This document shows positions 10,086 to 22,090 of a DNA stretch of 64,000 nucleotides, piece by piece. Source of the DNA: an uncultured Nitrospiraceae bacterium (GTDB lineage Bacteria > Nitrospirota > Nitrospiria > Nitrospirales > Nitrospiraceae); assembly GCA_963706325.1 (NCBI GenBank), contig CAVPLT010000006.1, forward strand, positions 128,001-192,000. Direction: 5' to 3'. Position numbers and translations under genes: made by a program. The notes beneath the pieces are model-generated. The model did no database searches. It was not told the origin of the DNA and saw nothing but the letters and a program-made list of their open reading frames with translations. Every line of letters starts with the position of its first letter. The first letter of the stretch is position 1.

Positions 10086-13000
10086 GTGCCACGACGGACA
10101 GACATCCGCTCCATTCTTTTGATCGGTTCAGGCCCTATCGTCATCGGCCAGGCGTGCGAGTTCGACTACTCGGGCACGCAGGCTTGCAAAGCGCTGAAGG
10201 AAGAGGGCTATCGCGTCATCCTGATCAACAGCAATCCCGCCACAATTATGACCGATCCGGATTTTGCAGACCGTACCTACATCGAACCGATCACGCTGGA
10301 TGTCGTCGAAAAAGTGATCGAGTGCGAGCGCCCGGATGCGCTCTTGCCGACCATGGGCGGACAAACGGCCTTGAATACGGCGATCGGCTTGGCCAAACGG
10401 GGCGTGCTGGAGAAGTACGGTGTCACACTGATCGGCGCATCGATCGACGCCATCCACAAGGCTGAAGATCGTGATGCCTTTCGGCAGGCCATGTGGAAAA
10501 TTGGCCTGCGGGTACCCGACAGTGGCGTAGCGACTTCTCTGCTGGAAGCCGAGGAACAAGTCAAACGAGTTCAGTTTCCGGCGATCGTCCGGCCGTCGTT
10601 TACCATGGGTGGGACCGGCGGTAACATCGCGTACAACATTGAGGAATTTCGCACGCAGGTGGAATGGGGACTATCCATGAGCCCGGTCCGCCAAGTGCTG
10701 ATCGAGCAGTCGGTCATCGGCTGGAAAGAGTTCGAGCTCGAAGTCATGCGCGACCTGAACGACAACGTGGTCATCATCTGCCCGATTGAGAATTTGGATC
10801 CGATGGGGGTCCACACCGGCGACAGCATTACCGTGGCGCCGGCGCTCACGTTGACCGACAAAGAGTATCAGATGATGCGAGACGCGGCTGTGCGTATCAT
10901 CCGCGAAATCGGCGTCGATACAGGCGGGGCCAACATTCAGTTCGGCATGAATCCCGTCAATGGCGAGATGGTCGTGATTGAAATGAATCCGCGAGTGTCT
11001 CGAAGTTCGGCCCTCGCGTCGAAAGCCACGGGGTTCCCTATCGCAAAAATTGCGGCTAAGTTGGCCGTCGGTTATACGCTCGACGAAATCACCAACGACA
11101 TTACCGGGGTCACGAAAGCCTCATTCGAGCCGACCATCGATTATGTCGTCGTCAAGATTCCTCGCTTCGCCTTTCAGAAATTTCCCGGCGCCGACCCCAC
11201 GCTGACCACACAAATGAAATCCGTCGGCGAAGTGATGGCGATTGGACGGACGTTCAAGGAATCGCTCCAGAAGGCGATCCGTTCCATGGAAGTCGATCAA
11301 TTCGGGTTCAGCTCAAAGATGGGCCTCGACCTAGGAATACCTCCCGGTCTGATTCGGGAAGAAGCGATCGAACAGGTTCGGAAAGCCGTGCGTACACCGC
11401 TTCCGGACCGGCTCTGGCGACTCGCCGACGGCATGCGCCTCGGGATGACCAACCAGGAACTCTTTGCCCTGACGAAAATCGACCCTTGGTTCCTGGAGCA
11501 GATCCGTGAACTCATGGATTTTGAGCAACGGATCGTCGCAGAACGAGGGAAGATGGGCCCCTCTGGGCTTCACGCGGAGCTTTTGCTGGAGGCGAAAGCC
11601 CTAGGATTTTCAGATGCGCGCCTGGCGCAGCTCCTGGGCGTGGAGCAAGATCACGTCCGCAGGTGGAGATTGGCGCTGAGCCAGGGACCTCACCCTCGCG
11701 GCGTCACCTATAAACGGGTTGACACCTGCGCGGCGGAGTTTGAAGCCCATACGCCCTATCTCTACTCGACGTATGAGCGAGAGTGCGAGGCCCGGCCCAC
11801 GAATGGGAAAAAAGTTGTCATTCTCGGCGGGGGTCCGAACCGGATCGGGCAGGGGATCGAATTCGACTACTGTTGTGTGCACGCCGCCATGGCGTTGCGT
11901 GAAGAACAGATCGAAACGATCATGGTCAATTGCAATCCCGAGACGGTCAGTACGGATTACGACACCTCCGACCGTCTTTACTTCGAGCCGCTGACGGAAG
12001 AAGACGTGCTCAACATCGTGCAGCGGGAGCAGCCCATGGGCGTGGTACTGCAATTCGGAGGACAGACCCCGTTAAAGTTGGCGCTCTCCTTGTCTCGAGC
12101 CGGCGTGACGATTCTCGGCACCAGTCCGGATGCGATCGACCGCGCAGAAGATCGAGCCCGTTTCCGCGAACTGCTCGATAAGCTCGGTTTGCGCCAGGCG
12201 GAAAGCGGCATGGCTCGTTCTCCGGAAGAAGCGGTGCGTATCGCCGCCGACATTACCTATCCGGTCATGGTGCGGCCGTCGTATGTCCTCGGCGGACGGT
12301 CCATGCAAATCGTGTATGATGAAACCGGGCTGCTCGCCTACATGAACACCGCCCTCAAACCCACGGACAAACATCCCCTTCTCATCGATAGATATTTGCG
12401 CGATGCGATTGAAATCGATGCCGACGCCATCTCGGACGGTACCACCGTGGTGGTGGCCGGAATCATGGAGCACATCGAAGAAGCGGGTGTCCACTCCGGC
12501 GATTCGGCTTGCTCGCTTCCTCCCTACACGCTGGATGCAGCAACCATCGAAGAGATTCGGCGCCAAATGACCGCATTGGCGCTGGAACTCGGCGTCATTG
12601 GCCTCATGAATGCCCAATTTGCCGTGCAGGATCGGACCATCTACGTCCTGGAGGTCAACCCACGCGGGTCGCGAACCGTTCCGTTCGTCAGCAAAGCGAT
12701 CGGGGTCCCCCTCGCAAAGCTGGCGATGAAGGTGATGGTGGGAAAAACGCTTCAACAATTGAATTTCACCACGGCTCCTGCGCCGGGACACCTTTCGGTC
12801 AAAGAAGCGGTCTTCCCCTTCACGAAATTCGCCGGGGTAGATGTGCTATTGGGCCCTGAGATGAAATCGACCGGAGAGGTGATGGGGATCGACAGCGATT
12901 TCGGATGGGCCTTCGTCAAGGCCCAGGCCGGGGCCGGCGCCATTCTGCCGACCTCCGGCACTGCCTTTATCAGCGTCAAAAGTGAAGACCGCGCAGGAGC

Positions 13001-13355
13001 CTACGATGTCGCTCGGCGGCTCGTGGCGCTGGGGTTCCGTATCACCGCGACATCCGGCACGGCGGTCCATCTGAGTGAGCTGGGGATGTGCGTGGACATT
13101 GTGAATAAGGTGCAGGAAGGACGTCCGCACATCGTCGATCATATCAAGAATGGCGAGATCGCCTTGGTCGTCAATACTGTGCGAACTGCCTCGGCTCAGA
13201 CCGACTCGCTGTCCATACGCCGTGAGGCCTTACATAAAGGTGTCCCCTATTACACCACCATGCGAGGGGCTCTGGCCGCAGTGATGGGAATTGAAGCCTT
13301 GCTGAAAAAGGGACTTGCCATTCGAGCCTTGCAGGAGTATCACCGACGGAACTGA
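10086..13355 (+). CDS. carB: Carbamoyl-phosphate synthase large subunit
   Basis: [15 protein letters not shown], duplicated ATP-grasp domains, C-terminal MGS domain. Confidence 0.99.
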   Translation: MPRRTDIRSILLIGSGPIVIGQACEFDYSGTQACKALKEEGYRVILINSNPATIMTDPDFADRTYIEPITLDVVEKVIECERPDALLPTMGGQTALNTAIGLAKRGVLEKYGVTLIGASIDAIHKAEDRDAFRQAMWKIGLRVPDSGVATSLLEAEEQVKRVQFPAIVRPSFTMGGTGGNIAYNIEEFRTQVEWGLSMSPVRQVLIEQSVIGWKEFELEVMRDLNDNVVIICPIENLDPMGVHTGDSITVAPALTLTDKEYQMMRDAAVRIIREIGVDTGGANIQFGMNPVNGEMVVIEMNPRVSRSSALASKATGFPIAKIAAKLAVGYTLDEITNDITGVTKASFEPTIDYVVVKIPRFAFQKFPGADPTLTTQMKSVGEVMAIGRTFKESLQKAIRSMEVDQFGFSSKMGLDLGIPPGLIREEAIEQVRKAVRTPLPDRLWRLADGMRLGMTNQELFALTKIDPWFLEQIRELMDFEQRIVAERGKMGPSGLHAELLLEAKALGFSDARLAQLLGVEQDHVRRWRLALSQGPHPRGVTYKRVDTCAAEFEAHTPYLYSTYERECEARPTNGKKVVILGGGPNRIGQGIEFDYCCVHAAMALREEQIETIMVNCNPETVSTDYDTSDRLYFEPLTEEDVLNIVQREQPMGVVLQFGGQTPLKLALSLSRAGVTILGTSPDAIDRAEDRARFRELLDKLGLRQAESGMARSPEEAVRIAADITYPVMVRPSYVLGGRSMQIVYDETGLLAYMNTALKPTDKHPLLIDRYLRDAIEIDADAISDGTTVVVAGIMEHIEEAGVHSGDSACSLPPYTLDAATIEEIRRQMTALALELGVIGLMNAQFAVQDRTIYVLEVNPRGSRTVPFVSKAIGVPLAKLAMKVMVGKTLQQLNFTTAPAPGHLSVKEAVFPFTKFAGVDVLLGPEMKSTGEVMGIDSDFGWAFVKAQAGAGAILPTSGTAFISVKSEDRAGAYDVARRLVALGFRITATSGTAVHLSELGMCVDIVNKVQEGRPHIVDHIKNGEIALVVNTVRTASAQTDSLSIRREALHKGVPYYTTMRGALAAVMGIEALLKKGLAIRALQEYHRRN

Positions 13356-13446
13356 GCGACGGTGACTAGTGAGCCCAGAGCGTCCGTCGAACAGCTAGTG
13401 CGCACAATGGTGGACACCAAGTTCCATGGTCATCTTGGGGGGAGGC

Positions 13447-13923
13447 ATGCCGACACCGATCACGCGAAAAGGGTATGAAGCGTTGAAAGCCGAGTTGGAT
13501 CGATTGCATAAGGTCGAGCGTCCACGGGTCATTGAGGCCATTGCCGAAGCCCGTGCGCACGGCGATCTGAGTGAGAATGCCGAATACGATGCAGCCAAAG
13601 AACGCCAAGGCTTCATTGAAGCGAGACTGGGAGAGTTGAAAGGCAAGCTGGCCGACGCCCGCATCATCGACATCGCGGGACGGGTCAGCGAGACCGTGGT
13701 CTTTGGCGCCACCGTGGTGCTGATTGAGCAGGAAGCGCAGGAGAAAAAACAATATACTCTGGTCGGACAGGACGAGGCCGATCTGAAACTCTCCCGCATC
13801 TCCGTCCAATCGCCGGTTGGCCGTGCACTTATCGGCAAGCGAGTGGGCGACATGGTCGCGGTGACGACACCCGCCAAAGTCGTCGAGTATGAACTGATTG
13901 AAATTCGCTTCGAAGAACTGTAG
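13447..13923 (+). CDS. greA: Transcription elongation factor GreA
   Basis: [28 protein letters not shown] ribosome binding site. Confidence 0.97.
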   Translation: MPTPITRKGYEALKAELDRLHKVERPRVIEAIAEARAHGDLSENAEYDAAKERQGFIEARLGELKGKLADARIIDIAGRVSETVVFGATVVLIEQEAQEKKQYTLVGQDEADLKLSRISVQSPVGRALIGKRVGDMVAVTTPAKVVEYELIEIRFEEL

Positions 13924-13964
13924 ATGCCGATGTTCCCTGCCTATATCTGTGTCCTCACATCCCC

Positions 13965-14765
13965 ATGCCATTAGCCATTCCCCTTATCACGTTGCTGACG
14001 GATTTCGGCGAACGCGACTATTTCGTGGCGAGCATGAAAGGCGTCATCCTCAATATCAATCCGCAGGCCCAAATCGTAGACCTGTCTCACCATGTTACGG
14101 CGCATGATGTGGCGGACGCCGCATACTTGCTGAAATCCTCTTATCGATATTTTCCTGACGGCACCATTCATGTAGCCGTCGTTGACCCCGGTGTGGGCAG
14201 CCAAAGACGACCGTTACTCGTCAGCTCAACCCGCTATTTATTCATCGGGCCGGACAATGGCCTCTTCACCCATGTGTGCCAAGAGGAGAGCGGCATCGAG
14301 GTGCGTCAGATCGAAAACCGCCAGTATCGATTGGATTCCGACGGGGCGACGTTTGAGGGCCGCGACCTCTTTGCTCCGGCGGCAGCCTGGTTGAGCAAAG
14401 GCCAACCCATTGGCTCCTTTGGCCGGCTCGTGCCGAATTATGAGCGTTTGTCGATTCCCGATCCCGCATGGGACAAGCATGTGATGGCGGGACAGATTGT
14501 GTACATCGATCGCTTCGGCAACCTTATTTCCAATCTTACCGCGTACCACGTCAAGGAAGTCCGCGGACTCGCCAAACGCTCCGAGCCGTACGTTCGTATC
14601 GGCGGACTCACCATCGAAGGCTTGGTGCGAACCTACAACGAGGGCGCACCCGACCAGCCTCAGGCACTGATTAATAGCAATGGCTATGTCGAAGTGTTCC
14701 TGAAAGAAGGTCGCGCCGTTGAACGCTTGATGGCCGCTCGCGGAACGCGCGTTGAACTCTGTTAG
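13965..14765 (+). CDS. SAM hydrolase / chlorinase-fluorinase family protein (DUF62)
   Basis: TLLTDFG, VVDPGVG, GPDNG, TFEGRD, IDRFGN. Confidence 0.92.
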   Translation: MPLAIPLITLLTDFGERDYFVASMKGVILNINPQAQIVDLSHHVTAHDVADAAYLLKSSYRYFPDGTIHVAVVDPGVGSQRRPLLVSSTRYLFIGPDNGLFTHVCQEESGIEVRQIENRQYRLDSDGATFEGRDLFAPAAAWLSKGQPIGSFGRLVPNYERLSIPDPAWDKHVMAGQIVYIDRFGNLISNLTAYHVKEVRGLAKRSEPYVRIGGLTIEGLVRTYNEGAPDQPQALINSNGYVEVFLKEGRAVERLMAARGTRVELC

Positions 14766-14831
14766 TTGGGCGCTGGCTTCACATGGGTGAGCGACCAGCA
14801 GACATTCATAAACCAAGTGCACCCACCGCGA

Positions 14832-14861
14832 TTGACAGGCCGAAGATGTCGATGTTTTAAT
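14832..14861 (+). promoter_or_regulatory. Putative sigma70 promoter
   Basis: TTGACA-18 bp-TTTAAT upstream of the ATG at 14916. Confidence 0.5.
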
Positions 14862-14915
14862 GACATTGGTATCGAATCGAATCGTGCAGGACGAACCATC
14901 TTTCCGTTCCGGAAC

Positions 14916-15260
14916 ATGTTAATTTCCCGACAGCGCCACACACAAATCTTACAGGCCACAGTTTTTTTGGCTGCCCTTCTGTTGTGTTTCCTGCCCTCCC
15001 TTGAAGAGATCACCTTCGGTCAGGACCTGTCTCCCGTAGCGCTTCCCGCGGATATGTTCGCGGACGAGGAAGAACGTGACTCTGGCGACCCTCTCCACCA
15101 CTCTGTTTCATCTCACAATGAAGTACTATTCCAGCAACTGATGTCGTCGCTTCAACGGGTTGCTCTTACTAGCCCTAGCAGAGAGAGCACCGCCGCACAG
15201 GGTCATTCCCGCGTCACACTGTATCGCCTCACCCCGAGGCCTCCGCCTTCTGCACGATAA
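14916..15260 (+). CDS. Small exported protein / putative leader peptide ending in RPPP
   Basis: N-terminal basic then hydrophobic segment; C-terminal TPRPPPSAR*; lies upstream of an RND adaptor. Confidence 0.6.
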   Translation: MLISRQRHTQILQATVFLAALLLCFLPSLEEITFGQDLSPVALPADMFADEEERDSGDPLHHSVSSHNEVLFQQLMSSLQRVALTSPSRESTAAQGHSRVTLYRLTPRPPPSAR

Positions 15261-15386
15261 CGCCACCTACAGAGGGGTGAACCATAGGAGCCAGACTGCT
15301 GCGAGGAGCCTGAAACCAGCGGCCTCTCTGCAGGCTTCACTTTCGATGCTTAAAGACCGATACGAAACGAGAGGGAATCGAGTGCC

Positions 15387-16538
15387 ATGAAACAACCCCT
15401 GCGCCGGCTGCCGGCCATCATCCTGGGCCTAGGCTTCGCTCTTGGAGCCTGTACACGCCCCGATCCCCCCGCGCCGATCAAAACCGTTCCAGCCCCGGTG
15501 GCTGCGAACCGCTCTGCAGAAATCGAAACGATGCTCATCGAAGCGCCCCCCTCCCTTCCGACATTGGTCCTATCGGCACGGATCACCTATGCCGAGAACG
15601 GGTACTCCAAGATTTCTTCTCCCCTCCAAGGTCCGGTACTGGATGTCCGTGTCAAGCTCGGCCAGGCGGTCAAGGCCGGTGATGTCTTGATGGTGATCGA
15701 TGCGGCCGATATCGCTCGAGCCTATGCCGCCTACGTCGAGGAGATTTCTGAGTTAGGTCTTGCCGAACGCAACTACGAGCTGACAAAGGATTTGTACGAT
15801 GCGCAAGCCATGTCCCGCAAAGATCTCGAGCATGCGGAAAATGATCTGAATCGTGAACGGGCCGAATTCAAACAGGCGAAAGGCCAGCTGCTGTCACTCC
15901 GCGTACCGGCTGCCGAGCTCAGCAAACCACTGGCACAACAACAGATTACCTCGCGATTTGAACTGCGAAGTCCCTTGACGGGAACGGTGGTCGAACGCAC
16001 CGTGACGCCAGGACAAATCGTCGGGCCTGCCACGGATACTCCGTTGTTTACCGTGGCCAATCTCGAACGACTCCAAGTCGTCGCGGACGTGTACGAACAC
16101 GACCTGTCAGGCATCCAGATCGGAGCGGTTGCGACGATGACGGTGGAAGCCTATCCGGGAGTTGAATTTCCAGCGACCATTGCGGTAATTGGCGATGTGG
16201 TCGATCCGGCGACGCGCACAATCAAAATTCGCGCCTCCGTTGCCAATTCAGACCGGCGTCTCAAGCCGGAAATGTTTGCCCGATTGACCCTTGCAGGTCA
16301 CCGCATGCCGCAGAAGATTGTCATCCCCAAACAGGCGGTCATCGAACGATCCGGCAGACATTGGATCGTGGTGCAGCTTCAGAAGGGACGTTTTGAGGAG
16401 CGTCTGGTGACTATCGACGGCATGGCGGGCAATCACGTGACGATTCGAGAGGGTCTCACCACCGGAGAACGAATCATTCTCACACCTGGAATGCTTAACC
16501 GGATCGCAGCTGGCGAACCGTCAGCCGGTGGAGCGTAA
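15387..16538 (+). CDS. RND efflux periplasmic adaptor (CzcB/CusB-like), lipoprotein
   Basis: LGAC lipobox, lipoyl half-motifs (ISSPLQG; LRSPLTGTVV), DPATRT, LKPEMF. Confidence 0.9.
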   Translation: MKQPLRRLPAIILGLGFALGACTRPDPPAPIKTVPAPVAANRSAEIETMLIEAPPSLPTLVLSARITYAENGYSKISSPLQGPVLDVRVKLGQAVKAGDVLMVIDAADIARAYAAYVEEISELGLAERNYELTKDLYDAQAMSRKDLEHAENDLNRERAEFKQAKGQLLSLRVPAAELSKPLAQQQITSRFELRSPLTGTVVERTVTPGQIVGPATDTPLFTVANLERLQVVADVYEHDLSGIQIGAVATMTVEAYPGVEFPATIAVIGDVVDPATRTIKIRASVANSDRRLKPEMFARLTLAGHRMPQKIVIPKQAVIERSGRHWIVVQLQKGRFEERLVTIDGMAGNHVTIREGLTTGERIILTPGMLNRIAAGEPSAGGA

Positions 16539-16562
16539 ACGCAACCGGCAACCGCTTCCAGG

Positions 16563-17789
16563 CTACAACGCCGCCACCAGAATCCGCACCAATCCGGAGA
16601 GATCTTCGCTGTCTAACCCGGCCACCGCGCGATTGGTGGTGTTGGTATAGGCGGCCTCCAGCGAAATCGTGGTCGGATGCTTGTAGATGGGATCCAAGTG
16701 AACCGCAAACATCCCCCGGCCCACGATACTTTCAGTTTCAATCAATCCGTCGGTGGACGTTGTGCTGGTATACCCTCCTGTTGCGCTCACTAACAATCGC
16801 TGGCTTTGTTTGTACAGCAACGAGACCGACGCCATCGGTGTCTGAATCTTTGCACCGGACCAACTCTGGTTTTCCGTCCGATAACTCACCGTTGGGGCGA
16901 TCGTCAGGGTATTGATGGGACGAAACGCGGCAGTCAATACCTGAGCCAGCGCCGTCGCTTCGGCTCCGCCCCTCGTGATATCGTTCGTCAGGATAAGGCT
17001 CGACGAGAGGCGTGCGTTCCACGTCAGCCCGGCATAGGCCAACGCTGCCTCCATACTGTTGCTCTGACTCCGCTGTGGAAGGGTTCCCGAGGGGTCGAAG
17101 GTGCTCGCCATGGTGCTGCGAGAATAGGTCAGGCTGAGTTCAGGCCAATCGGGCTTGACCAGCGCGAGCCCGATACGATTGAAGCTTTGTTCAATGCGCG
17201 AACGGGCAGGATCGAGATCCACATTGTTCCAGGTTTGGCCGGACGAACTTCGAAGCTTGGCGATACCAACTCCCCACTCGCCCCACATCTCACGCACCGT
17301 TTGATCCGGGGAATTAAAAAAGGCTTTTCCCGCCGACCGATATTTGATGCCATAGCGAAATGGCCCGTTATTCCCCGTCAACGCCATTCGCACCATGCGC
17401 CTGGACCCGTCGTCACGTTGGTCGATGCGTGAAGACATGCCCGCATCATTCGTCGCATTGTTGGCGACTTCTCCTTCGGCTGTCAGCTGTCCTTTAAGCC
17501 AACTGGAGGCCGCACCGACACCCTTTGTCTGGGGCCGATCCGAATCAGGGACAAGGTCTTTCAGGCGCGTCGAGGTCGATGGGGGAGCGAAGGACGTCGC
17601 TTGAAAAGATGTATGCAGAACCGGAGTCGCGATTGAAAAGGGGATGGCCGAGGGGCCGGATTCGCGAGCCTGGTCGGTAAACTGAATGCGTTGGAGGAGG
17701 AGGTCAGCTTGTTGCGCGTCTTCCGCCTGGGCCGCGAGCGGGGCGACAAGGATCGCAAGCAAGATCCAATTCACTCGACGGTACGTCAT
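16563..17789 (-). CDS. Exported hypothetical protein, probable outer-membrane beta-barrel
   Basis: Signal peptide (AAQA cleavage) and alternating amphipathic beta-strand pattern. Confidence 0.65.
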   Translation of the reverse strand: MTYRRVNWILLAILVAPLAAQAEDAQQADLLLQRIQFTDQARESGPSAIPFSIATPVLHTSFQATSFAPPSTSTRLKDLVPDSDRPQTKGVGAASSWLKGQLTAEGEVANNATNDAGMSSRIDQRDDGSRRMVRMALTGNNGPFRYGIKYRSAGKAFFNSPDQTVREMWGEWGVGIAKLRSSSGQTWNNVDLDPARSRIEQSFNRIGLALVKPDWPELSLTYSRSTMASTFDPSGTLPQRSQSNSMEAALAYAGLTWNARLSSSLILTNDITRGGAEATALAQVLTAAFRPINTLTIAPTVSYRTENQSWSGAKIQTPMASVSLLYKQSQRLLVSATGGYTSTTSTDGLIETESIVGRGMFAVHLDPIYKHPTTISLEAAYTNTTNRAVAGLDSEDLSGLVRILVAAL

Positions 17790-17964
17790 GAATCAAAGTC
17801 CGTCGAGATCCTGTCGTCACACAGCATGAAATCAAGTGTAGCACTCGATAATCAACCTCTCGGTCGTTGATGGGCATGCACAAAAAGTGGTTGTGGGGTG
17901 TTCGAACGTGAACGCGGAAGGGAGTCTTTCCTCGAAGCGAAATCAGCAGCATTGACGAGCAGAT

Positions 17965-19347
17965 TTAGGACGAGGTGGAGCTGCCTTCAGTACTCTCGAC
18001 GATGGCCTTGTGCAAAATTGCCACCATCTTCGTTAACTCTCGGGCGCTGGTGGAGAGGGGAGGTACCAGGGCGATAATGTTGCCGAGAGGTCTCAGCAGC
18101 AGGCCATCCGCCCGGCACGCTTGGGCGACGAGATGGCCGATACGTCGTTCGAGCGGGTAGGGATGACGCGTCGTCCGGTCCTGCACGAGTTCAATGCCGA
18201 CCATAAGCCCACATTGCCGAATGTCACCCACATGAATCAGCGCGGCCAGTGGGCGCAGCAGTCGGGCGAGCAGTTTGATCTGTCTTCGGACCTGGGCGAG
18301 AGTCTTCTCCCGCCGGAAGATCTCGATGTTCGCAAGCGCCACGGCACAGCCGAGCGGATTACCCGTGTAACTATGCCCATGAAAGAAGGTTTTCCAGTCT
18401 TTATATCGACCCAAGAAGGCGCGATAGATCTCTTCGGTCGCCAACGTGGCCGCAAGGGGCATATATCCCCCGGTTAACCCCTTGCTGATCGCCATGAGAT
18501 CCGGAGTCACGCCCTCATGTTGGCACGCGAACATTTTTCCGGTACGGCCGAACCCGGTCGCCACTTCATCGGCAATCAGCAGGACGTTGTACTGGGTGCA
18601 GAGATCGCGGACTCGCCTGAGGTATCCGGGCGGTGCCGTGAGCATCCCTGCGGCAGCTTGGACCAGCGGCTCAATGATGACACCGGCCAGTTCCTGATGG
18701 CGTGTTCTCAACATCGCTTCGAGCGGATCGATGCAGGCTAAGCGGCAGGACGGGTATGTGAGGCTGAGCGGACATCGATAACAGTAGGGCGGGTCCACCT
18801 CATAGGTAGGAAACAAGAGCTCCTTGAACCTCGCGTGAAACAGCTCAATGTTCCCCACGCTCACGGCGCCGACCGTGTCCCCGTGATAGGCCAGTTTTAA
18901 ATGGAGAAAAGAATTCTTCGAGCCGACTGCCGGCTGGCGTTGCTGCCAGTATTGCACTGCCATCTTCAGCGCGACTTCAACGGCCGTCGAGCCATTGTCC
19001 GAATAGAATACTCGCCGCAAGCCCTTAGGCGCGAGACGAATGAGTTCACGGGCCAATTGGATCGCCGGCGGATTGGAGAGCCCGAGCAACGTCGAATGGG
19101 CGATGTTCTGAAGTTGCGACGTGAGCGCGCGGTCGAGTCGCGGATGCCGATGACCGTGCAAATTGACCCAGATGGAAGAGGTACCGTCGAGGTACGTACG
19201 TCCCTCCGTATCGACGAGGTAGGAGCCCTTGCCCTTCTCGATGATGACGGGCATCTCCTGTTCCCACTCCTGCATCTGGGTAAACGGATGCCAGAGGTAT
19301 GCATGGTCCCATGCTGCAAGCCGGGCTGTCTTGGAAGACGTCATCAT
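17965..19347 (-). CDS. bioA: Adenosylmethionine-8-amino-7-oxononanoate aminotransferase
   Basis: LWHPFTQM, DNGSTAVEVALKMA, DEVATGFGRTG, SKGLTGGY, HGHSYTGNP. Confidence 0.96.
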   Translation of the reverse strand: MMTSSKTARLAAWDHAYLWHPFTQMQEWEQEMPVIIEKGKGSYLVDTEGRTYLDGTSSIWVNLHGHRHPRLDRALTSQLQNIAHSTLLGLSNPPAIQLARELIRLAPKGLRRVFYSDNGSTAVEVALKMAVQYWQQRQPAVGSKNSFLHLKLAYHGDTVGAVSVGNIELFHARFKELLFPTYEVDPPYCYRCPLSLTYPSCRLACIDPLEAMLRTRHQELAGVIIEPLVQAAAGMLTAPPGYLRRVRDLCTQYNVLLIADEVATGFGRTGKMFACQHEGVTPDLMAISKGLTGGYMPLAATLATEEIYRAFLGRYKDWKTFFHGHSYTGNPLGCAVALANIEIFRREKTLAQVRRQIKLLARLLRPLAALIHVGDIRQCGLMVGIELVQDRTTRHPYPLERRIGHLVAQACRADGLLLRPLGNIIALVPPLSTSARELTKMVAILHKAIVESTEGSSTSS

Positions 19348-19443
19348 GAACGTGCGCGCGGAGTGAAAATGATCGTGCGGCAGGAACGTTCGGCGCGCGT
19401 GAAACGCTGCGTCGCGCGCGGATTATACCGGCGGGCGATTTCT

Positions 19444-19472
19444 TTGACAACCTTGGAAACGGTCACTATAAT
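19444..19472 (+). promoter_or_regulatory. Consensus sigma70 promoter of the lepA operon
   Basis: Exact TTGACA-17 bp-TATAAT. Confidence 0.9.
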
Positions 19473-19490
19473 GAACCGATTTTGGGGAAC

Positions 19491-21302
19491 ATGAGCCAGG
19501 ATTTGCAAAGTCTCATCCGAAACTTCTCGATCATCGCCCATATCGATCACGGCAAATCGACCCTCGCTGACCGGCTCCTCGACGCAACTGGCGCAGTCAC
19601 TGCCAGAGAAGCAAAGGAGCAAATCCTTGATGCGATGGACCTGGAGCGTGAGCGTGGTATCACGATTAAAGCTCACGCCGTGGCCATTCGTTATAAGGCT
19701 CGTGATGGGAAGACGTATTTGCTGCATCTGATCGATACGCCCGGCCACGTCGACTTTACCTATGAGGTATCGCGCAGCCTGGCGGCTTGCGAAGGCTCGC
19801 TGCTCCTCGTCGATGCGACGCAGGGCGTGCAAGCGCAGACCATTGCCAACGTGAACTTGGCGATGGGCAATCATCACACGATTATTCCCGTCATCAATAA
19901 AATCGACCTTGCCAGCGCCGACGTCGAAGGCACAAAACAGCAAATTTCCGAAGTGCTCACGCTGGACGCCAGCGATGCCATGTTGGTGAGCGCGAAGGAA
20001 GGACGCGGGGTGCCGGAAGTGCTCGAGGCGATTGTCACACGCATCCCCCCTCCGTCGGGTGATCCGGCTCTGCCCCTTAAAGCATTGATTTTCGATTCCT
20101 GGTTCGACAATTACCAAGGTGTCATCGTGCTGACTCGCATCGTCGACGGGTTCGTGCGGCCGGGGATGAAAATCAAGGTGATGTCCAATGACCGGTTGTT
20201 CGAAGTCACGGAGGTCGGACAATTCACACCGAAGCGGACCAAGGGAACACAGCTGCTCACAGGAGAGGTCGGGTATCTTTGCGCCAATATGAAGGAAGTC
20301 GCCGACGTGAAAATTGGTGATACGCTAACCGACGCGCTGAAACCGACCGGACAGGCGTTTCCAGGTTATAAAGAAGTGAAGCCGCTGGTCTTTTGTGGCC
20401 TCTATTCGACGGACACGGCGCGTTATGAAGATCTCCGGGATGCATTACTGAAGTTGCGGCTGAACGATTCGTCATTTGTCTATGAACCGGAAACCTCCTT
20501 GGCGCTCGGGTTTGGATTTCGCTGCGGCTTCCTTGGTCTGCTGCACATGGAAATCATCCAGGAGCGGCTCGAACGCGAATACGAACTGACGCTGATCACA
20601 ACCGCTCCGACCGTCATCTACCGCGTCCTCACCACGAAGGGGGATGTGCTGGAGGTAAACAATCCGGCCGATCTTCCGGAGCCCAGTTCCATTGCCTCAT
20701 TTGAAGAGCCGTTTATTTTGGCCACGCTCATTGCTCCGGAGCGCTACCTCGGCACCCTCTTGCAATTGTGCCAGGAGCGCCGCGGCCTTCAACGCAGCAT
20801 TCATTATTTGGACCCTACGCGCGTCATGATCAGTTATGAGCTGCCGCTGAATGAAGTCATTCTGGATTTTTATGACAAACTAAAATCGAAGACGCAAGGC
20901 TATGCATCGCTGGATTACGAACTGCTCGGGTATCGCGAATCCGACTTGGTCCGCCTCGACATTGTACTCAACGGCGAGCCAGTTGATGCGTTGTCGTTCA
21001 TCACCCATAAGGATCGTTCGTACCAGCGAGGCCGGCAGGTTGCTGAAAAAATGAAAGAGCTGATCCCCAAGCAAATGTTTGAGATCGCCATTCAGGCTGC
21101 CATCGGCAACAAAATCGTCGCTCGAGAGACCATCGGCGCCATAAAGAAGAATGTCACGGCCAAGTGTTACGGGGGTGATATTTCCCGCAAGCGTAAACTC
21201 TGGGATAAACAGAAGGAAGGCAAAAAACGCATGAAAGCGGTCGGAAGAGTTGAAGTGCCGCAAGAGGCATTTTTAGCGATCCTCAAGGTGAGCGAGGAAT
21301 GA
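19491..21302 (+). CDS. lepA: Translation elongation factor 4
   Basis: [44 protein letters not shown]. Confidence 0.99.
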   Translation: MSQDLQSLIRNFSIIAHIDHGKSTLADRLLDATGAVTAREAKEQILDAMDLERERGITIKAHAVAIRYKARDGKTYLLHLIDTPGHVDFTYEVSRSLAACEGSLLLVDATQGVQAQTIANVNLAMGNHHTIIPVINKIDLASADVEGTKQQISEVLTLDASDAMLVSAKEGRGVPEVLEAIVTRIPPPSGDPALPLKALIFDSWFDNYQGVIVLTRIVDGFVRPGMKIKVMSNDRLFEVTEVGQFTPKRTKGTQLLTGEVGYLCANMKEVADVKIGDTLTDALKPTGQAFPGYKEVKPLVFCGLYSTDTARYEDLRDALLKLRLNDSSFVYEPETSLALGFGFRCGFLGLLHMEIIQERLEREYELTLITTAPTVIYRVLTTKGDVLEVNNPADLPEPSSIASFEEPFILATLIAPERYLGTLLQLCQERRGLQRSIHYLDPTRVMISYELPLNEVILDFYDKLKSKTQGYASLDYELLGYRESDLVRLDIVLNGEPVDALSFITHKDRSYQRGRQVAEKMKELIPKQMFEIAIQAAIGNKIVARETIGAIKKNVTAKCYGGDISRKRKLWDKQKEGKKRMKAVGRVEVPQEAFLAILKVSEE

Positions 21303-22090
21303 GCGTCGAACCCAATTCACCGCCACCCAACGAGGCCTCTACACCGACCGACGCAGGGGTGACACCCGCCCCATCCGAACCCGCTCCGGGCCTGGCTGTG
21401 CCTGGCGCTGCTGCGCGCGCGATTCAGCCGGTCCACAAATCAATCGTACGAGAGTATGCAGAGGCGATCGTGATCGCCATGTTGCTGGCTTTTGCCATCC
21501 GCGTCTTCGTCGTGCAAGCATTCAAAATTCCTTCCGGATCCATGATTCCCACACTGCTGGTGGGTGACCACATTTTAGTGAGCAAACTGTCGTACGGCCT
21601 GCAATGGCCTACCGACTGTCAGATCAAGCCAGGATTTCCGCCGATCACCTGTTACTCCTCGCGAACCGTGCTTCCATTCGGCACCATTCAGCGCGGCGAT
21701 ATCATCGTTTTTCGGTTTCCTGAGGATGAGGACAAGGATTTCATCAAACGAGTCGTCGGACTTCCCGGTGATACCATTCAGATTCGAAACAAGATTGTGC
21801 ATGTGAACGGCACGCCATTCGAAGACCATGCCTTCACGCAGCACACGGATCCTCCGATTCATGATGGCCACATCAGTCCGCGCGATAATTTTGGCCCGGT
21901 CACGGTTCCCGACGATGCCTATTTTGTGATGGGAGACAATCGGGACCACAGTCTCGATAGTCGTTTCTGGGGCTATGTGCGCACCGAAAAGGTTCGCGGC
22001 AAAGCCTTTCGCATTTATTGGTCGTGGAGCGGTCAAGGATCATGGACCGAATGGGTACGATGGGAAAGGTTAGGAAAAGCCATCAAGTAG
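21299..22090 (+). CDS. lepB: Signal peptidase I
   Basis: [28 protein letters not shown]. Confidence 0.97.
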   Translation: MSVEPNSPPPNEASTPTDAGVTPAPSEPAPGLAVPGAAARAIQPVHKSIVREYAEAIVIAMLLAFAIRVFVVQAFKIPSGSMIPTLLVGDHILVSKLSYGLQWPTDCQIKPGFPPITCYSSRTVLPFGTIQRGDIIVFRFPEDEDKDFIKRVVGLPGDTIQIRNKIVHVNGTPFEDHAFTQHTDPPIHDGHISPRDNFGPVTVPDDAYFVMGDNRDHSLDSRFWGYVRTEKVRGKAFRIYWSWSGQGSWTEWVRWERLGKAIK

